From the NCBI GenBank assembly GCA_963779575.1, contig CAVZYT010000005.1, positions 12,636-76,635 on the forward strand: a DNA stretch of 64,000 nucleotides, in the 5' to 3' direction. The DNA comes from an uncultured Chloroflexia bacterium. GTDB taxonomy: Bacteria; Chloroflexota; Limnocylindria; Limnocylindrales; CSP1-4. The position numbers and the translations under genes are program-made. This document shows, one piece after another, positions 1 to 8,660 of this stretch (position 1 is the stretch's first letter; each line of letters starts with the position of its first letter). The notes below the pieces were generated by a model, which did not search any database, was not told the DNA's origin, and was given only the letters and a program-made list of their open reading frames with translations.

Positions 1-354
1 GATGACCGAATCCCATTCCTCCTGCGACATCTTGGCGAGCGAGCGGTCGCGGGTGATCCCGGCGTTGTTGACGAGGATGTCGACGCTGCCCGAATGCTTC
101 TTGACGCTCGCGACGGCTCCGCTGATGGACGCCGGGTCGCGGACATCGCAACCGATGGCGTACGCCTGGCCCCCGGACGCCACGATCTCGGCGGCGACCG
201 CGTCGGCCTGTTCCTCGTGGTTGTGTCCGATCTCGTCGGAGTGGTACGCAACGGCCACGCAGGCGCCGTGTCGTCCGAGTTCGAGAGCGATCGCTCGGCC
301 GATGCCGCGCGATCCGCCGGTGACGAGGCAGGACTTGCCTGTCAGCTCAGCCAT
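1..354 (-). CDS. Short-chain dehydrogenase/reductase, FabG/PhaB-like (3-oxoacyl-ACP or acetoacetyl-CoA reductase). Only the N-terminal 118 codons are in the window
   Basis: My reverse-strand translation from the ATG (complement of 352-354) reads MAELTGKSCLVTGGSRGIGRAIALELGRHG...SVDILVNNAGI. It carries the TGxxxGIG and NNAG motifs of classical SDRs. The gene lies next to phasin and PHA synthase genes. Confidence 0.8.
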   Translation of the reverse strand, partial: MAELTGKSCLVTGGSRGIGRAIALELGRHGACVAVAYHSDEIGHNHEEQADAVAAEIVASGGQAYAIGCDVRDPASISGAVASVKKHSGSVDILVNNAGITRDRSLAKMSQEEWDSVI

Positions 355-432
355 CGCAGAACCTCCTGGGGCCGAAACAGCGGAGTCGGCCGGCCCCGTC
401 GCCGGCCGACTCCGTGGGTCCTCGGCCGATGG

Positions 433-822
433 TCAGCGCTTGGTGGGTTCCGTCGCCATCGAGGCCGCCTTGACGGCGGACTGCCAGCTCTCGAGCGTCG
501 CCTGCTGGGTTCGCTTGACGATCGTCGAGAACTGTTCGACAGCCTTCCGGTTGCCCTTGACGCCGAGGTCGAAGAGGCTGAAGCCAGCGTCCATCGCGGC
601 ATTCTGTGCCTCGAATGCCGTCTTGAGGACCGACTCACTCTGGGTGGACCAACCCTCGAGCATCTCGCGGCCGATGGCACTGGTCTCGCCGACGTATGAG
701 CGCGTGGCCTCGAACGAGGCCTTCGCCGTTTCGGTGCTGTTGCGGGCCGCCTGAGCGGCGATCCGGGTGGCCTCGGCCACGGCGGCTGCCGCCGACTCCG
801 GAAGTTCATTCGTAGTGGACAT
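433..822 (-). CDS. Phasin family protein (PHA granule-associated)
   Basis: 129-aa Ala/Glu/Gln/Thr-rich helical protein (..TAKASFEATRSYVGETSAIGREMLEGWSTQSESVLKTAFEAQNAAMDAG..) typical of phasins. It sits in a PHA gene neighbourhood. Confidence 0.75.
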   Translation of the reverse strand: MSTTNELPESAAAAVAEATRIAAQAARNSTETAKASFEATRSYVGETSAIGREMLEGWSTQSESVLKTAFEAQNAAMDAGFSLFDLGVKGNRKAVEQFSTIVKRTQQATLESWQSAVKAASMATEPTKR

Positions 823-897
823 TGCGAGCTCCTTCGCCTATGCTCGTGCTGCCTCTACTGGCAGCGCAACTCTAAGTGCAGTGTGCATCTAGTGGTC

Positions 898-913
898 GCG
901 ACTGTCAAGTCGC
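898..913. promoter_or_regulatory. Perfect 6-bp inverted repeat GCGACT-gtca-AGTCGC in the divergent phasin/PadR intergenic region; candidate operator
   Basis: Read directly from the sequence. Placed between the divergent start codons at 822 and 950. No binding data. Confidence 0.25.
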
Positions 914-949
914 TGTCCATCCTCGAAGCCGAGCACCTCATGGACGACC

Positions 950-1453
950 ATGGCTGACCGCACCAAGCCCCGCACCGCCGCCCCCGAGCCTGATCGCGCC
1001 GCCGGCGCGGCCGATGGCCCGGCCCCGGAAGGTGACCCGCCGCAGGAGCCGATCGAAGATCGCGAGTCGTTCCCCGGTTGGCCACCCCGTGATTTCCTGA
1101 CGCCGTTCGTCCTGCTTGCGGTCTCGCTCCAACGGGCCCATGGCTACGCGATCGAGGACTACCTGCGAGGGTTCGGCATGTTCGGGATCACGATGAGCAC
1201 GCTGTATCGGACGCTGCGCCAGATGGAGAAGGACGGTCTTCTCGAGTCGACCTGGGAACCGGGTCCGACCGGACCCGCGCGTCGCGTCTACACGATCACC
1301 GGTCCCGGCGATGCCTGGTTGGCGACCTCGGCGGCGATGCTCGATGCGTATCGCGAGACGATCAACAGGTTCTTTGGTTTGTACGACGCTGGCCCCGGCG
1401 CGAAACACCGCGAGCCCGACGAACCGACGGACCAGAAGGAGACATCGGAATGA
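950..1453 (+). CDS. PadR family transcriptional regulator
   Basis: The winged-helix core ..LLAVSLQRAHGYAIEDYLRG...MSTLYRTLRQMEKDGLLESTWEPGPTGPARRVYTITGPG is the canonical PadR signature. Its stop overlaps the next start (ATGA at 1450-1453). Confidence 0.85.
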   Translation: MADRTKPRTAAPEPDRAAGAADGPAPEGDPPQEPIEDRESFPGWPPRDFLTPFVLLAVSLQRAHGYAIEDYLRGFGMFGITMSTLYRTLRQMEKDGLLESTWEPGPTGPARRVYTITGPGDAWLATSAAMLDAYRETINRFFGLYDAGPGAKHREPDEPTDQKETSE

Positions 1454-3084
1454 CGAAGACCGAAGAGGCGGGCCCCACAACCGATCCGTTCGAGGTCTGG
1501 CGCGAGATGTACGACGCCAACGAGCGTGCCTGGAGCACGGCACTCGAGGAGGCGATGGGCAGCACGGAGTTCCGCGAGTCGAGCGGCAAGCTGCTCGAGA
1601 CGATGCTCGCCGCGCAGAAGTCGGTCCGCAACAACATGCGAACGTATCTCGAGACGATGAATGTCCCGACGCGCGAGGACATCGCCCGCCTCGGCGAGCT
1701 CGTCATCGGGCTCGAGGAAAAGATCGATCAGCTCACCGACCGGTTCGACGCGATCGAGGATGCGGTTCGGACCCCAGGACCGGCGGGGCCCGCGGGCACG
1801 CCAGGAGCCACAGGCCGAGCCGGTGCCACGGGCCGAACCGGCGCGAAGGGACCCGCCGGACCGAAGGGACCGGCCGGGCCCAAGGGACCCGTTGGCGCCA
1901 CTGGCAAGGCCGGCGCCCGAGGGCCCGCGGCCCGCGGCCGCGGCCGCCAAGCCGACAGCCCGCGCGAAGCCATCGAAGGGTGCGCGGCCCGCTACGTCCG
2001 AAAGGGCCGTCGGGTGACGGCCGCGGCGTGGTCGACGCTGCCCGACGCCGCGACGGTCTGGTCATCGACCGATCGTGCCCTCGAGATGGCCCGAGCCGTC
2101 CTCGGCTCGGTCGACGCCCCGGTCGGGCTGACGCCGAAGGAGCTCATCTGGCGCAAGAACAAGGCGCGGCTGTATCGCTATACGCGATCTGAGCCCGCCA
2201 CCCACCGAACGCCGATCTTCCTCGTCCTGCCGCTCATCAACCGTGCGTACATCCTGGATCTGCGCCCGGGGGCGAGCTTCGTCGAATTCCTGTTGGGCGA
2301 GGGACACGACGTCTTCCTCATCGACTGGGGCACGCCCGGCGACGAGGATCGGGCGCTCGACGTGTCGACACTCGTGACTCGCTACCTGCCACGCGCCGCG
2401 AAGGCGATCCAGAAGGTCACGGGCGAAGACGGGATGACAGTCCTCGGCTACTGCATCGGTGGCGCGCTGGCGACCTGTTTCGCCGCTCTCTACCCCGAGA
2501 TGACCCGCAACCTGATCCTGTTGACGGCGCCGATCGATTTCGCGGATGCCGGTCAGTTCGGCCGGATGACGGCTCGCGACATCTTCCCGGTCGACAGCGT
2601 GACCGACACGTTTCCGACGGTGCCGGGCCAGATGCCGGACATCGGCACGAAGTTGCTCGATCCCAAGGCCAGCTACGTCGGCACCTACCGCCAACTCTGG
2701 GACAAGCTGGCCGATCCGAAGTTCGACGTTCGCGGCTGGCAGGCGATGTACCGATGGGTGAACGACAGCGTGCCGTTCGCCGGGGCCGCGTTCCGCCAGT
2801 GGATCGTCGAGTTCTACCAGGAGAACCGCCTCGCGATGGATACGCTCGTGATGGATGGTCGGCCGGTCCGATTGGCGGACATCAGGTGCCCGGTCCTCAA
2901 CATCGCCGCCAGCCGGGACCCGATCGCGCCGCGACCGACGACGAGTGTCATCACCAGGCGCGTCAGCAGCAGCGACGCGTCAGAGATCATCATCGAGGGC
3001 GGGCACGTCGGGATCGTCGTGGGCCGGATGGCCAGCCAGAATCTGTGGCCAAGGGTCGGCGCCTGGCTCGGCACCCACGACTGA
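1450..3084 (+). CDS. phaC: PHA synthase. One 544-codon ORF joins a PhaE/PhaR-like subunit domain, a collagen-like GXY linker and a class III/IV-type PhaC catalytic domain
   Basis: The N-terminus (..FEVWREMYDANERAW...YLETMNVPTREDIARLGELVIGLEEKIDQL) resembles PhaE/PhaR synthase subunits. The C-terminal ~350 aa match class III PhaC (..LVLPLINRAYILDL..HDVFLIDWG..VLGYCIGG lipase box..CPVLNIAASRDPI..GGHVG). Confidence 0.85.
   Translation: MTKTEEAGPTTDPFEVWREMYDANERAWSTALEEAMGSTEFRESSGKLLETMLAAQKSVRNNMRTYLETMNVPTREDIARLGELVIGLEEKIDQLTDRFDAIEDAVRTPGPAGPAGTPGATGRAGATGRTGAKGPAGPKGPAGPKGPVGATGKAGARGPAARGRGRQADSPREAIEGCAARYVRKGRRVTAAAWSTLPDAATVWSSTDRALEMARAVLGSVDAPVGLTPKELIWRKNKARLYRYTRSEPATHRTPIFLVLPLINRAYILDLRPGASFVEFLLGEGHDVFLIDWGTPGDEDRALDVSTLVTRYLPRAAKAIQKVTGEDGMTVLGYCIGGALATCFAALYPEMTRNLILLTAPIDFADAGQFGRMTARDIFPVDSVTDTFPTVPGQMPDIGTKLLDPKASYVGTYRQLWDKLADPKFDVRGWQAMYRWVNDSVPFAGAAFRQWIVEFYQENRLAMDTLVMDGRPVRLADIRCPVLNIAASRDPIAPRPTTSVITRRVSSSDASEIIIEGGHVGIVVGRMASQNLWPRVGAWLGTHD
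1777..1929 (+). repeat. Collagen-like Gly-X-Y tract, 17 consecutive triplets (GPAGPAGTPGATGRAGATGRTGAKGPAGPKGPAGPKGPVGATGKAGARGPA) inside the PHA synthase ORF
   Basis: Gly falls at every third residue from aa 110 to 158 of the ORF. Counted directly from the supplied translation. Confidence 0.8.
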
Positions 3085-3108
3085 TCAAGGATCACCTGCG
3101 GCTGACGA

Positions 3109-4440
3109 TCAGGGATGGAACAGGCGCGCGCTCGCGGCGCCCTCGCCGTTGACGCTCCCGTCCGCGATGAGCACGTCGCCGTCGCGTAGCCTCGTCACCG
3201 TGGCGTCCATCGCCACAGGCGAGTCCGGGACCCGCTCGAAGCGCATCGTCGACGGGTCGAACAGCTCCGACGGCAGGTCGGCGGTGTCCGGCGACGGGTA
3301 TTGGTCGCCGCCGGTGATGAGCACACGGCCGTCGAGGAGCGGCGTCGCCTTGGCGAGGCGCCGCGGGACGACCAGGTTGCCAGCGGGCACGGATCGCCCC
3401 TTCGCCGGGTCGAACAGCTCGACCGAGCCGAGCAACACGTCAGGCCCGGGCTCCACGGACGAGCGCCAGCCACCGGCGATCAGCACGCGACCATCCGCGA
3501 GCATCGCGGTCGCGTATTGGTAGCGCTCTCCGGCCGTCGAGCCCGCCGGGGTGAACGCCCCGGAGCCCGGGTCGTAGATCTCCGTCGAGGGAGTGTCCCC
3601 GTCGTCGCTCATCACCAGGACGCGGCCGTCGGCCAGGGTCATCGCCGTCGGCCCGCCCCGCGCGATCGACATGGAGCCGGTCGGGCTCCAGCGGCCGGTT
3701 GCCGGATCGAACACCTCGGCCGTCGCGAGCGCCGGCCCGGCGGGCCTGCTCGCTTCGCCGCCCGCGACCAGCACACGCCCGTCGTGGAGGAGCGCAGCCG
3801 CGGCATACGACCGCGGACCTGACAGCGAGTCGACCTGCTCGAATGTCCCCGTGGCGGGATCCCAGAGTGCCGCCGTGGCGTCGAAGCCGTCGACGATGAG
3901 CACGCGCCCGTCCAGCAACATGGTGGCGGAGGAATAGGTGGTCAGCTGGACTGCGGGAGGCAGGGAACCACCTGGTTCGAACGCCCGTGTCAGCGGGTCG
4001 TAGAGCTCCGCTGTGCTGGATGGTGGGAGGTCTGGTGCGGTCGGTGACCGGAGGTCACCGCCGATGAGCACGGCACGGCCATCCAGAAGCGACACTGCGG
4101 CAGCATTCGACCGCATGCGGATCATCGTCCCGGTGGGGTTGAACCCGTGCTCGAGGGCAGGCCGGGGGGCCTGACGACCGACCAGGCCGACGACGACCAG
4201 CGCGCCGACCAGAGCAGCCACCACCAGCAGCACCAGCAGCACCAGCATTGGCCCGGACCGGGCGCCTCGACGGGCGGGCGCGCGTCGTCCGAAGGCGCCG
4301 CCTCCGACGACCCGGACGCCGACCTTCGACACGCGTTCGTCCGCCGCCCGCCAGGGTGCCGGCTCGGCGATGTAGCCCTCCACGGCGCTGAGGCGCCGCT
4401 GCAGCCCCGTCCAGATCTGCTCGTCGATCGGGCTCGTCAT
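3109..4440 (-). CDS. Membrane-anchored anti-sigma-like protein with an extracytoplasmic Kelch-type beta-propeller
   Basis: I chose the start MTSPIDEQ because its ATG overlaps the upstream sigma stop (ATGA at 4437-4440). One TM helix (MLVLLVLLVVAALVGALVVVGLV). It is followed by about 7 repeats of the Kelch-like motif DGRVL(V/I)xGG. Confidence 0.7.
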   Translation of the reverse strand: MTSPIDEQIWTGLQRRLSAVEGYIAEPAPWRAADERVSKVGVRVVGGGAFGRRAPARRGARSGPMLVLLVLLVVAALVGALVVVGLVGRQAPRPALEHGFNPTGTMIRMRSNAAAVSLLDGRAVLIGGDLRSPTAPDLPPSSTAELYDPLTRAFEPGGSLPPAVQLTTYSSATMLLDGRVLIVDGFDATAALWDPATGTFEQVDSLSGPRSYAAAALLHDGRVLVAGGEASRPAGPALATAEVFDPATGRWSPTGSMSIARGGPTAMTLADGRVLVMSDDGDTPSTEIYDPGSGAFTPAGSTAGERYQYATAMLADGRVLIAGGWRSSVEPGPDVLLGSVELFDPAKGRSVPAGNLVVPRRLAKATPLLDGRVLITGGDQYPSPDTADLPSELFDPSTMRFERVPDSPVAMDATVTRLRDGDVLIADGSVNGEGAASARLFHP

Positions 4441-5027
4441 GACCACAGCTCCGGATGCTGGCGGAGGGTCGCGAGAGCGCGCGATAGCAGCGTGCGCACG
4501 CCGGACGCCGAGAGGCCGAGGATCTCGCCGATGTCGTCGTCGGTCAGGTCGCGCTGGTAGCGGAGCATCACAACCTCGCGCTGGCGATCGGACAGCACCG
4601 TCGCCAGCTGGTCGAGCCACATCCAGAACTCCGCCCGCCCACCGGCGTCCTCGGGGTCTGGTGGCTCGCCGCCCGTCCAGGCGCTGGGCAACGGCAGCCA
4701 GCGCAGGAGCCGCTCGCGTCGCCAGCGATCGACGATGATCCGCCGCGCGATGAGGATCAGCCAGGGGAGGGCTCGGCCCGCCGGCCCATGGCCCGATCGC
4801 CAGGCCCGGAATGCGCGGTCGAAGACGTCGGCCACGATGTCCTCCGCGTCGTCCTGGCGACGGCGGGCCAGCAGGACGTATCGGTACACGTCCCGGTAGT
4901 ACGCGCTGTAGACGCCCTGGAAGGTCTCCGGCTCAGTCCCGAGGTCGTCGGCGTGCGCCGGCCCGGCCCCCTCGGAGCCGAGTGCCGCGAACAGGTCCAA
5001 CCGGGACCAGGTGGCAAGTCCGTCCAT
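4437..5027 (-). CDS. ECF-type RNA polymerase sigma-70 family factor
   Basis: Region 2 (..YSAYYRDVYRYVLL..AEDIVADVFDRAFRAW) and region 4 HTH (..REVVMLRYQRDLTDDDIGEILGLSASGVRTLLSRA). Confidence 0.85.
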   Translation of the reverse strand: MDGLATWSRLDLFAALGSEGAGPAHADDLGTEPETFQGVYSAYYRDVYRYVLLARRRQDDAEDIVADVFDRAFRAWRSGHGPAGRALPWLILIARRIIVDRWRRERLLRWLPLPSAWTGGEPPDPEDAGGRAEFWMWLDQLATVLSDRQREVVMLRYQRDLTDDDIGEILGLSASGVRTLLSRALATLRQHPELWS

Positions 5028-5587
5028 ACCTCATCCGACGATCGAGCGGCCGTTTCCGTCCCAGGGCGACGAGCCCGAACATACCCGGGCGGCAGCAGGG
5101 CGCCCGCTACGACTTTCGAGAGGCTCGCGAGCCTCGTGAGGATGGCGGCCGCGGCCTCGTCCAGCGAGGCCAGCTCGAGCTCGATGTGGGCGTCGGCCGC
5201 GCCGATGAGCATGGCGTTGTAGGGGATGTCGTGCTCGTCGCCCGAGCCCCGGAAGTCGCTCCGGAACAGGACGACCGTCTTGCCTTTCGCGTAGGCGTAC
5301 CCGCACTCCCAGCACGTGCCGGAGTCCGGATCCGCGCCGTCCATGATCGCCACGACGGTATCCGCCCGGTCGAGGCCCTCGAGATCCTTGAGGAAGATCG
5401 CCCGCCCGGTCCGCTCGGCGGCCGGGTTCTCCTGGGGGACGAACACCTCGTGCCCGCCGGCCCGGAGCCGCGCCGCGAGTCCCGCGTTCCACTCGCGTTC
5501 CGGGGAGGTGAACAGGGGGCCGGCCAGGTAGATGTGCACGTCGTCCTCCGCTTCGTGCGGCCAGTATCGTTGCGAGCATGACCGCAC
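4757..5587 (-). CDS. Nucleoside 2-deoxyribosyltransferase-family protein; the C-terminal extent is doubtful
   Basis: The first ~155 aa (..IYLAGPLFTSPEREWN..VFVPQE..DSGTCWECGYAYAKGKTVVLFRSDFR) match the family. The remaining ~120 codons are low-complexity and overlap the sigma gene (4757-5027) in another frame. Confidence 0.6.
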   Translation of the reverse strand: MRSCSQRYWPHEAEDDVHIYLAGPLFTSPEREWNAGLAARLRAGGHEVFVPQENPAAERTGRAIFLKDLEGLDRADTVVAIMDGADPDSGTCWECGYAYAKGKTVVLFRSDFRGSGDEHDIPYNAMLIGAADAHIELELASLDEAAAAILTRLASLSKVVAGALLPPGYVRARRPGTETAARSSDEVWTDLPPGPGWTCSRHSAPRGPGRRTPTTSGLSRRPSRASTARTTGTCTDTSCWPAVARTTRRTSWPTSSTAHSGPGDRAMGRRAEPSPG

Positions 5588-6493
5588 CGCGCATCGCCGT
5601 CGTCGGCAGCACGATGATCGACCTGATCGCGTACACCCACCGCGTCCCGTCCGGCGGGGAGACCATCGCTGGCGATGACTTCCGCCTCGGGTTCGGCGGG
5701 AAGGGTGCGAACCAGGCGGTCATGGCCCGTCTCCTCGGGGCCGAGGTCGCGATGGTCAACGCGCTCGGTGACGATGTCTTCGGCGACATGACGATGCGCA
5801 ACTTCGCTGAGCTCGGCATCGATACGCGCTTCGTCACTCGCGTCACGGGGTCCAGCGGCGTGGCGCCGATCTGGGTCGAACCCGATGGCACGAACCGGAT
5901 CATCTGCGTGGCCGGCGCGAACGACGCGATGGTCCCCGCCGACGCGGCGGCGGCCGTCCGCGCCCTCGCCCCGCTCGATGTCGTGGTCGGCGAATTCGAG
6001 ATCCCCCAGTCGGTCACGACCGCCGCGTTCGCCGCGGCGCGCACCCTCGGCGCCATGACGCGTGCTCAACCCGGCGCCCGCCGCGGACATGGATCCGGCC
6101 CTCCTGGCCGTCACGGACTGGCTCATCCCCAACGAGCACGAGTTCGCCCGGATCGCGGGTGCCACGCCGGACGTGACGGACGCCGAGATCGTCCGCTTCG
6201 CCGGGTCCGCCGGGACGCGGGTCGTGGTGACGCTCGGCGCCCGCGGCGCGGCGCTGCTCGATACGGATGGGGTTGTCCGTCGGATCCCGGCGCCGAACGT
6301 GACCGCCGTGGACACGACCGGGGCCGGCGATGCATTCGTCGGCGGGTTCGCGTTCGGTCTGGCGACCGGTCTCGATGATGTCGCCGCGGTGACCCTCGGT
6401 GTCCGCTGCGCCTCGGACAGCGTCCAGCGCCCCGGCACGCAGCGATCGTTCCCCGACGGCGAACGAGCCCGCGCGTTCCTTCAGCTCGCCTGA
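5578..6493 (+). pseudogene. rbsK: Ribokinase interrupted by a single +1 frameshift near 6058-6062
   Basis: ORF 5578.. carries the N-terminal ribokinase part (..VVGSTMIDL..GGKGANQAV..). ORF 6062..6493 in the next frame carries the C-terminal part (VLNPAPA...DTTGAGDAFVGGF). Removing one nucleotide in ..atgacgCgtgctc.. joins them. Length 916 nt is not a multiple of 3. Confidence 0.8.
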
Positions 6494-6508
6494 GCGGAAG
6501 GAGGGACC

Positions 6509-7342
6509 GTGCTGAGGCAGGTCGCGGAGGGCGTGCTGATCCACGAGAGCGCGTTCCTCCAGAGCAACGCCGTGATCGTGCAAGGCGGCGCCGGCGTGTT
6601 GCTCATCGACCCCGGGATACAGGGCGACGAGATGGCCGCCATCGGGGACGACCTCCGAGAGTTGGGACAGCCCGTCGTGGCGGGCTTCTCGACGCATCCG
6701 CACTGGGATCATCTGCTCTGGCATGCCGGGTTCGGCGAAGCGCCCCGGTACGGCACGGCCGGCTGCGCGGCTGCTATCCGGGATCTGCTGGCGAAGGCAG
6801 ATTGGAAGGCCCAGGTCGCCGGAGCGCTACCGCCGGAGATCGCCGAGGAGATCCCGCTGGACCTGTTCGGCCGCATCGCCGGTCTGCCCGCCGAAACGGC
6901 GCGGATCCCCTGGGACGGCCGACGAGTCCGGATCATCGAGCATCAGGCGCATGCCCCGGGCCACGCGGCGCTGTTGATCGAGGACCGCGGCGTCCTCGTC
7001 GCCGGCGACATGCTGTCCGATGTCCTGATCCCGTTTCTCGACCTGAGCTCCGCGGACCCGATCGACGACTACCTCGCCGCGCTGCGGCTGCTCGAGGGCG
7101 CGGCCGACGACGTCGATGTCCTGGTCCCGGGTCACGGGTCGATCGGCGGACGTGATGAGGTCCGCGCACGGATCGAGCTGGATCGTGCGTACGTGCTGGG
7201 ACTGCGTGACGGCGGTGGTTCCGCTGACCCGCGGCTCGCTCCAACGGCCCCGGGCGGCGAGTGGCTGCCCGGCGTGCATGAATGGCAACGACAGCAGGTC
7301 GCCGGGCGAGGAGAGGCCTCAAGGGCCCCGACCAGGCGCTAA
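6509..7342 (+). CDS. MBL-fold metallo-hydrolase
   Basis: THPHWDH (HxHxDH) motif and later His/Asp ligands. GGAGGGA lies upstream of the GTG start. Confidence 0.8.
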   Translation: MLRQVAEGVLIHESAFLQSNAVIVQGGAGVLLIDPGIQGDEMAAIGDDLRELGQPVVAGFSTHPHWDHLLWHAGFGEAPRYGTAGCAAAIRDLLAKADWKAQVAGALPPEIAEEIPLDLFGRIAGLPAETARIPWDGRRVRIIEHQAHAPGHAALLIEDRGVLVAGDMLSDVLIPFLDLSSADPIDDYLAALRLLEGAADDVDVLVPGHGSIGGRDEVRARIELDRAYVLGLRDGGGSADPRLAPTAPGGEWLPGVHEWQRQQVAGRGEASRAPTRR

Positions 7343-8660
7343 CGTCCTCGGCGGCGGAACAGCACGAGCCCGCCGATCGCCACCGCGGCGACGACTAGCG
7401 CCGCGATCGCCGCGACGACACCGCTCGACGTCCCGCCGGGAGCCGCCGGCTGGATGGGTGAAGCGGTGGGTCCGGCTGGCTGGACGGGCGAGGCGGTCGG
7501 GCCGGCAGCGGCGACCCCGACGGCGTAGGTCACCGCGGCGTCGCCCGAGGTCGCCGCGACGGCCTGGAGGTACTCGCAGCTCGATACCGTGCGGCTCGGC
7601 GATCCGGGCGCGGCGATCGTGACCGTCACCGGCCGGGGATCCGGGCTGCCACACGCCGGGAGCGTCGCCCCTTCGGGCGGCAGGCTCGTCCAGTACGGCG
7701 GCAGCTCGAGGTGGACGAGACGCTCCGCACGCGGTCCAACGACGACCTCGAGGTGCTCGCTGGTCGATGGGTAGGCCACATCGATCGAGACGGTCGCCGC
7801 GCTGTCGGACGCGTTCTGGAGCCGGATCGCGGAGCCGCGAACGAGCTCGACGTCGCGTCGCACCTCGAGGTGGTGCGCGCCGGGCTGCGTGACCCCGATG
7901 GGGTCACCGAGCTTCCAGAAGTAGTGCTCCTCGGCCGGATTGAACCCGTGCTCCACGAAGACCGCGTCGAGCGGGCTGAGGTCCGGTGCCCCGTCGCTGT
8001 TGACGTCGAGATCGGTGGTCTTCAACGGGGCCGCGACATTCCGATCGGCGACGAGGCCGTCGTAGACGTCGGCGACAGTCATCGGGTTTGCGAAGTCGAG
8101 CAGGTGGACGAGCCGCACCCCGTCCAGCGCGACACGATCGGTCGTGTCTGCGTGCCCGACGGTCGCCTCCGTGGCCCTCGGCCCGGTGAAGAAGCGCACG
8201 CGGGCGGCCTCGTTCGGGGTGTCGTCGGCGAGGTCCCACAGCAGCTGGGCAACGGCGATGTCCTCCTGCTGGATCGGGCCCGGACTCGACGTCCCAAGGC
8301 CGCCAGCCGTCGTCCTCCAGGCTCCCGAAGACGGAGTAGCTCGGGGTGGCGTAGCCGGCCCCGAGGCCCGCGTCGATGTCGAGCGACGCGAGGGTCGGGA
8401 GGAACATCGCGAAGCCTTCGCCGAGCGAGTCGCACGTGGTGTCGTTGGTGCCAGCCACCGTGGGCGTGCGCCCTGCGCAGGCTGGCGAGGTCGAAGGGAG
8501 CGATGCCCAGCACGTCGGCGACGTGGTGGCTGATCTCGTGCCATTCGCAGTTCTCTGGGCACTTGGTCGTGGCGTCCTGGCGCTGTGCAAACGGCGTGTC
8601 GCCCACCGCGATGAAGACCGTCTTTTCGGATCGCTCATACGCGCGTCCCGCCGGCCGCAT
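7339..8660 (-). pseudogene. Zinc metalloprotease (HEISHH motif) with a C-terminal TM anchor, split over three reading frames
   Basis: Plausible sequence runs through three frames. Frame 1 is 8660 to ~8475 (..FIAVGDTPF..CEWHEISHHVADVLGIAPFDLAS). Frame 2 is ~8475 to ~8280 (..TVAGTNDTTCDSLGEGFAMFLPTLASLDIDAGLG..DDGWRPWDVESGP). Frame 3 is ~8280 to 7339 (IQQEDIAVAQLLWDL...VVAAIAALVVAAVAIGGLVLFRRRGR). Length is not a multiple of 3. Confidence 0.65.
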
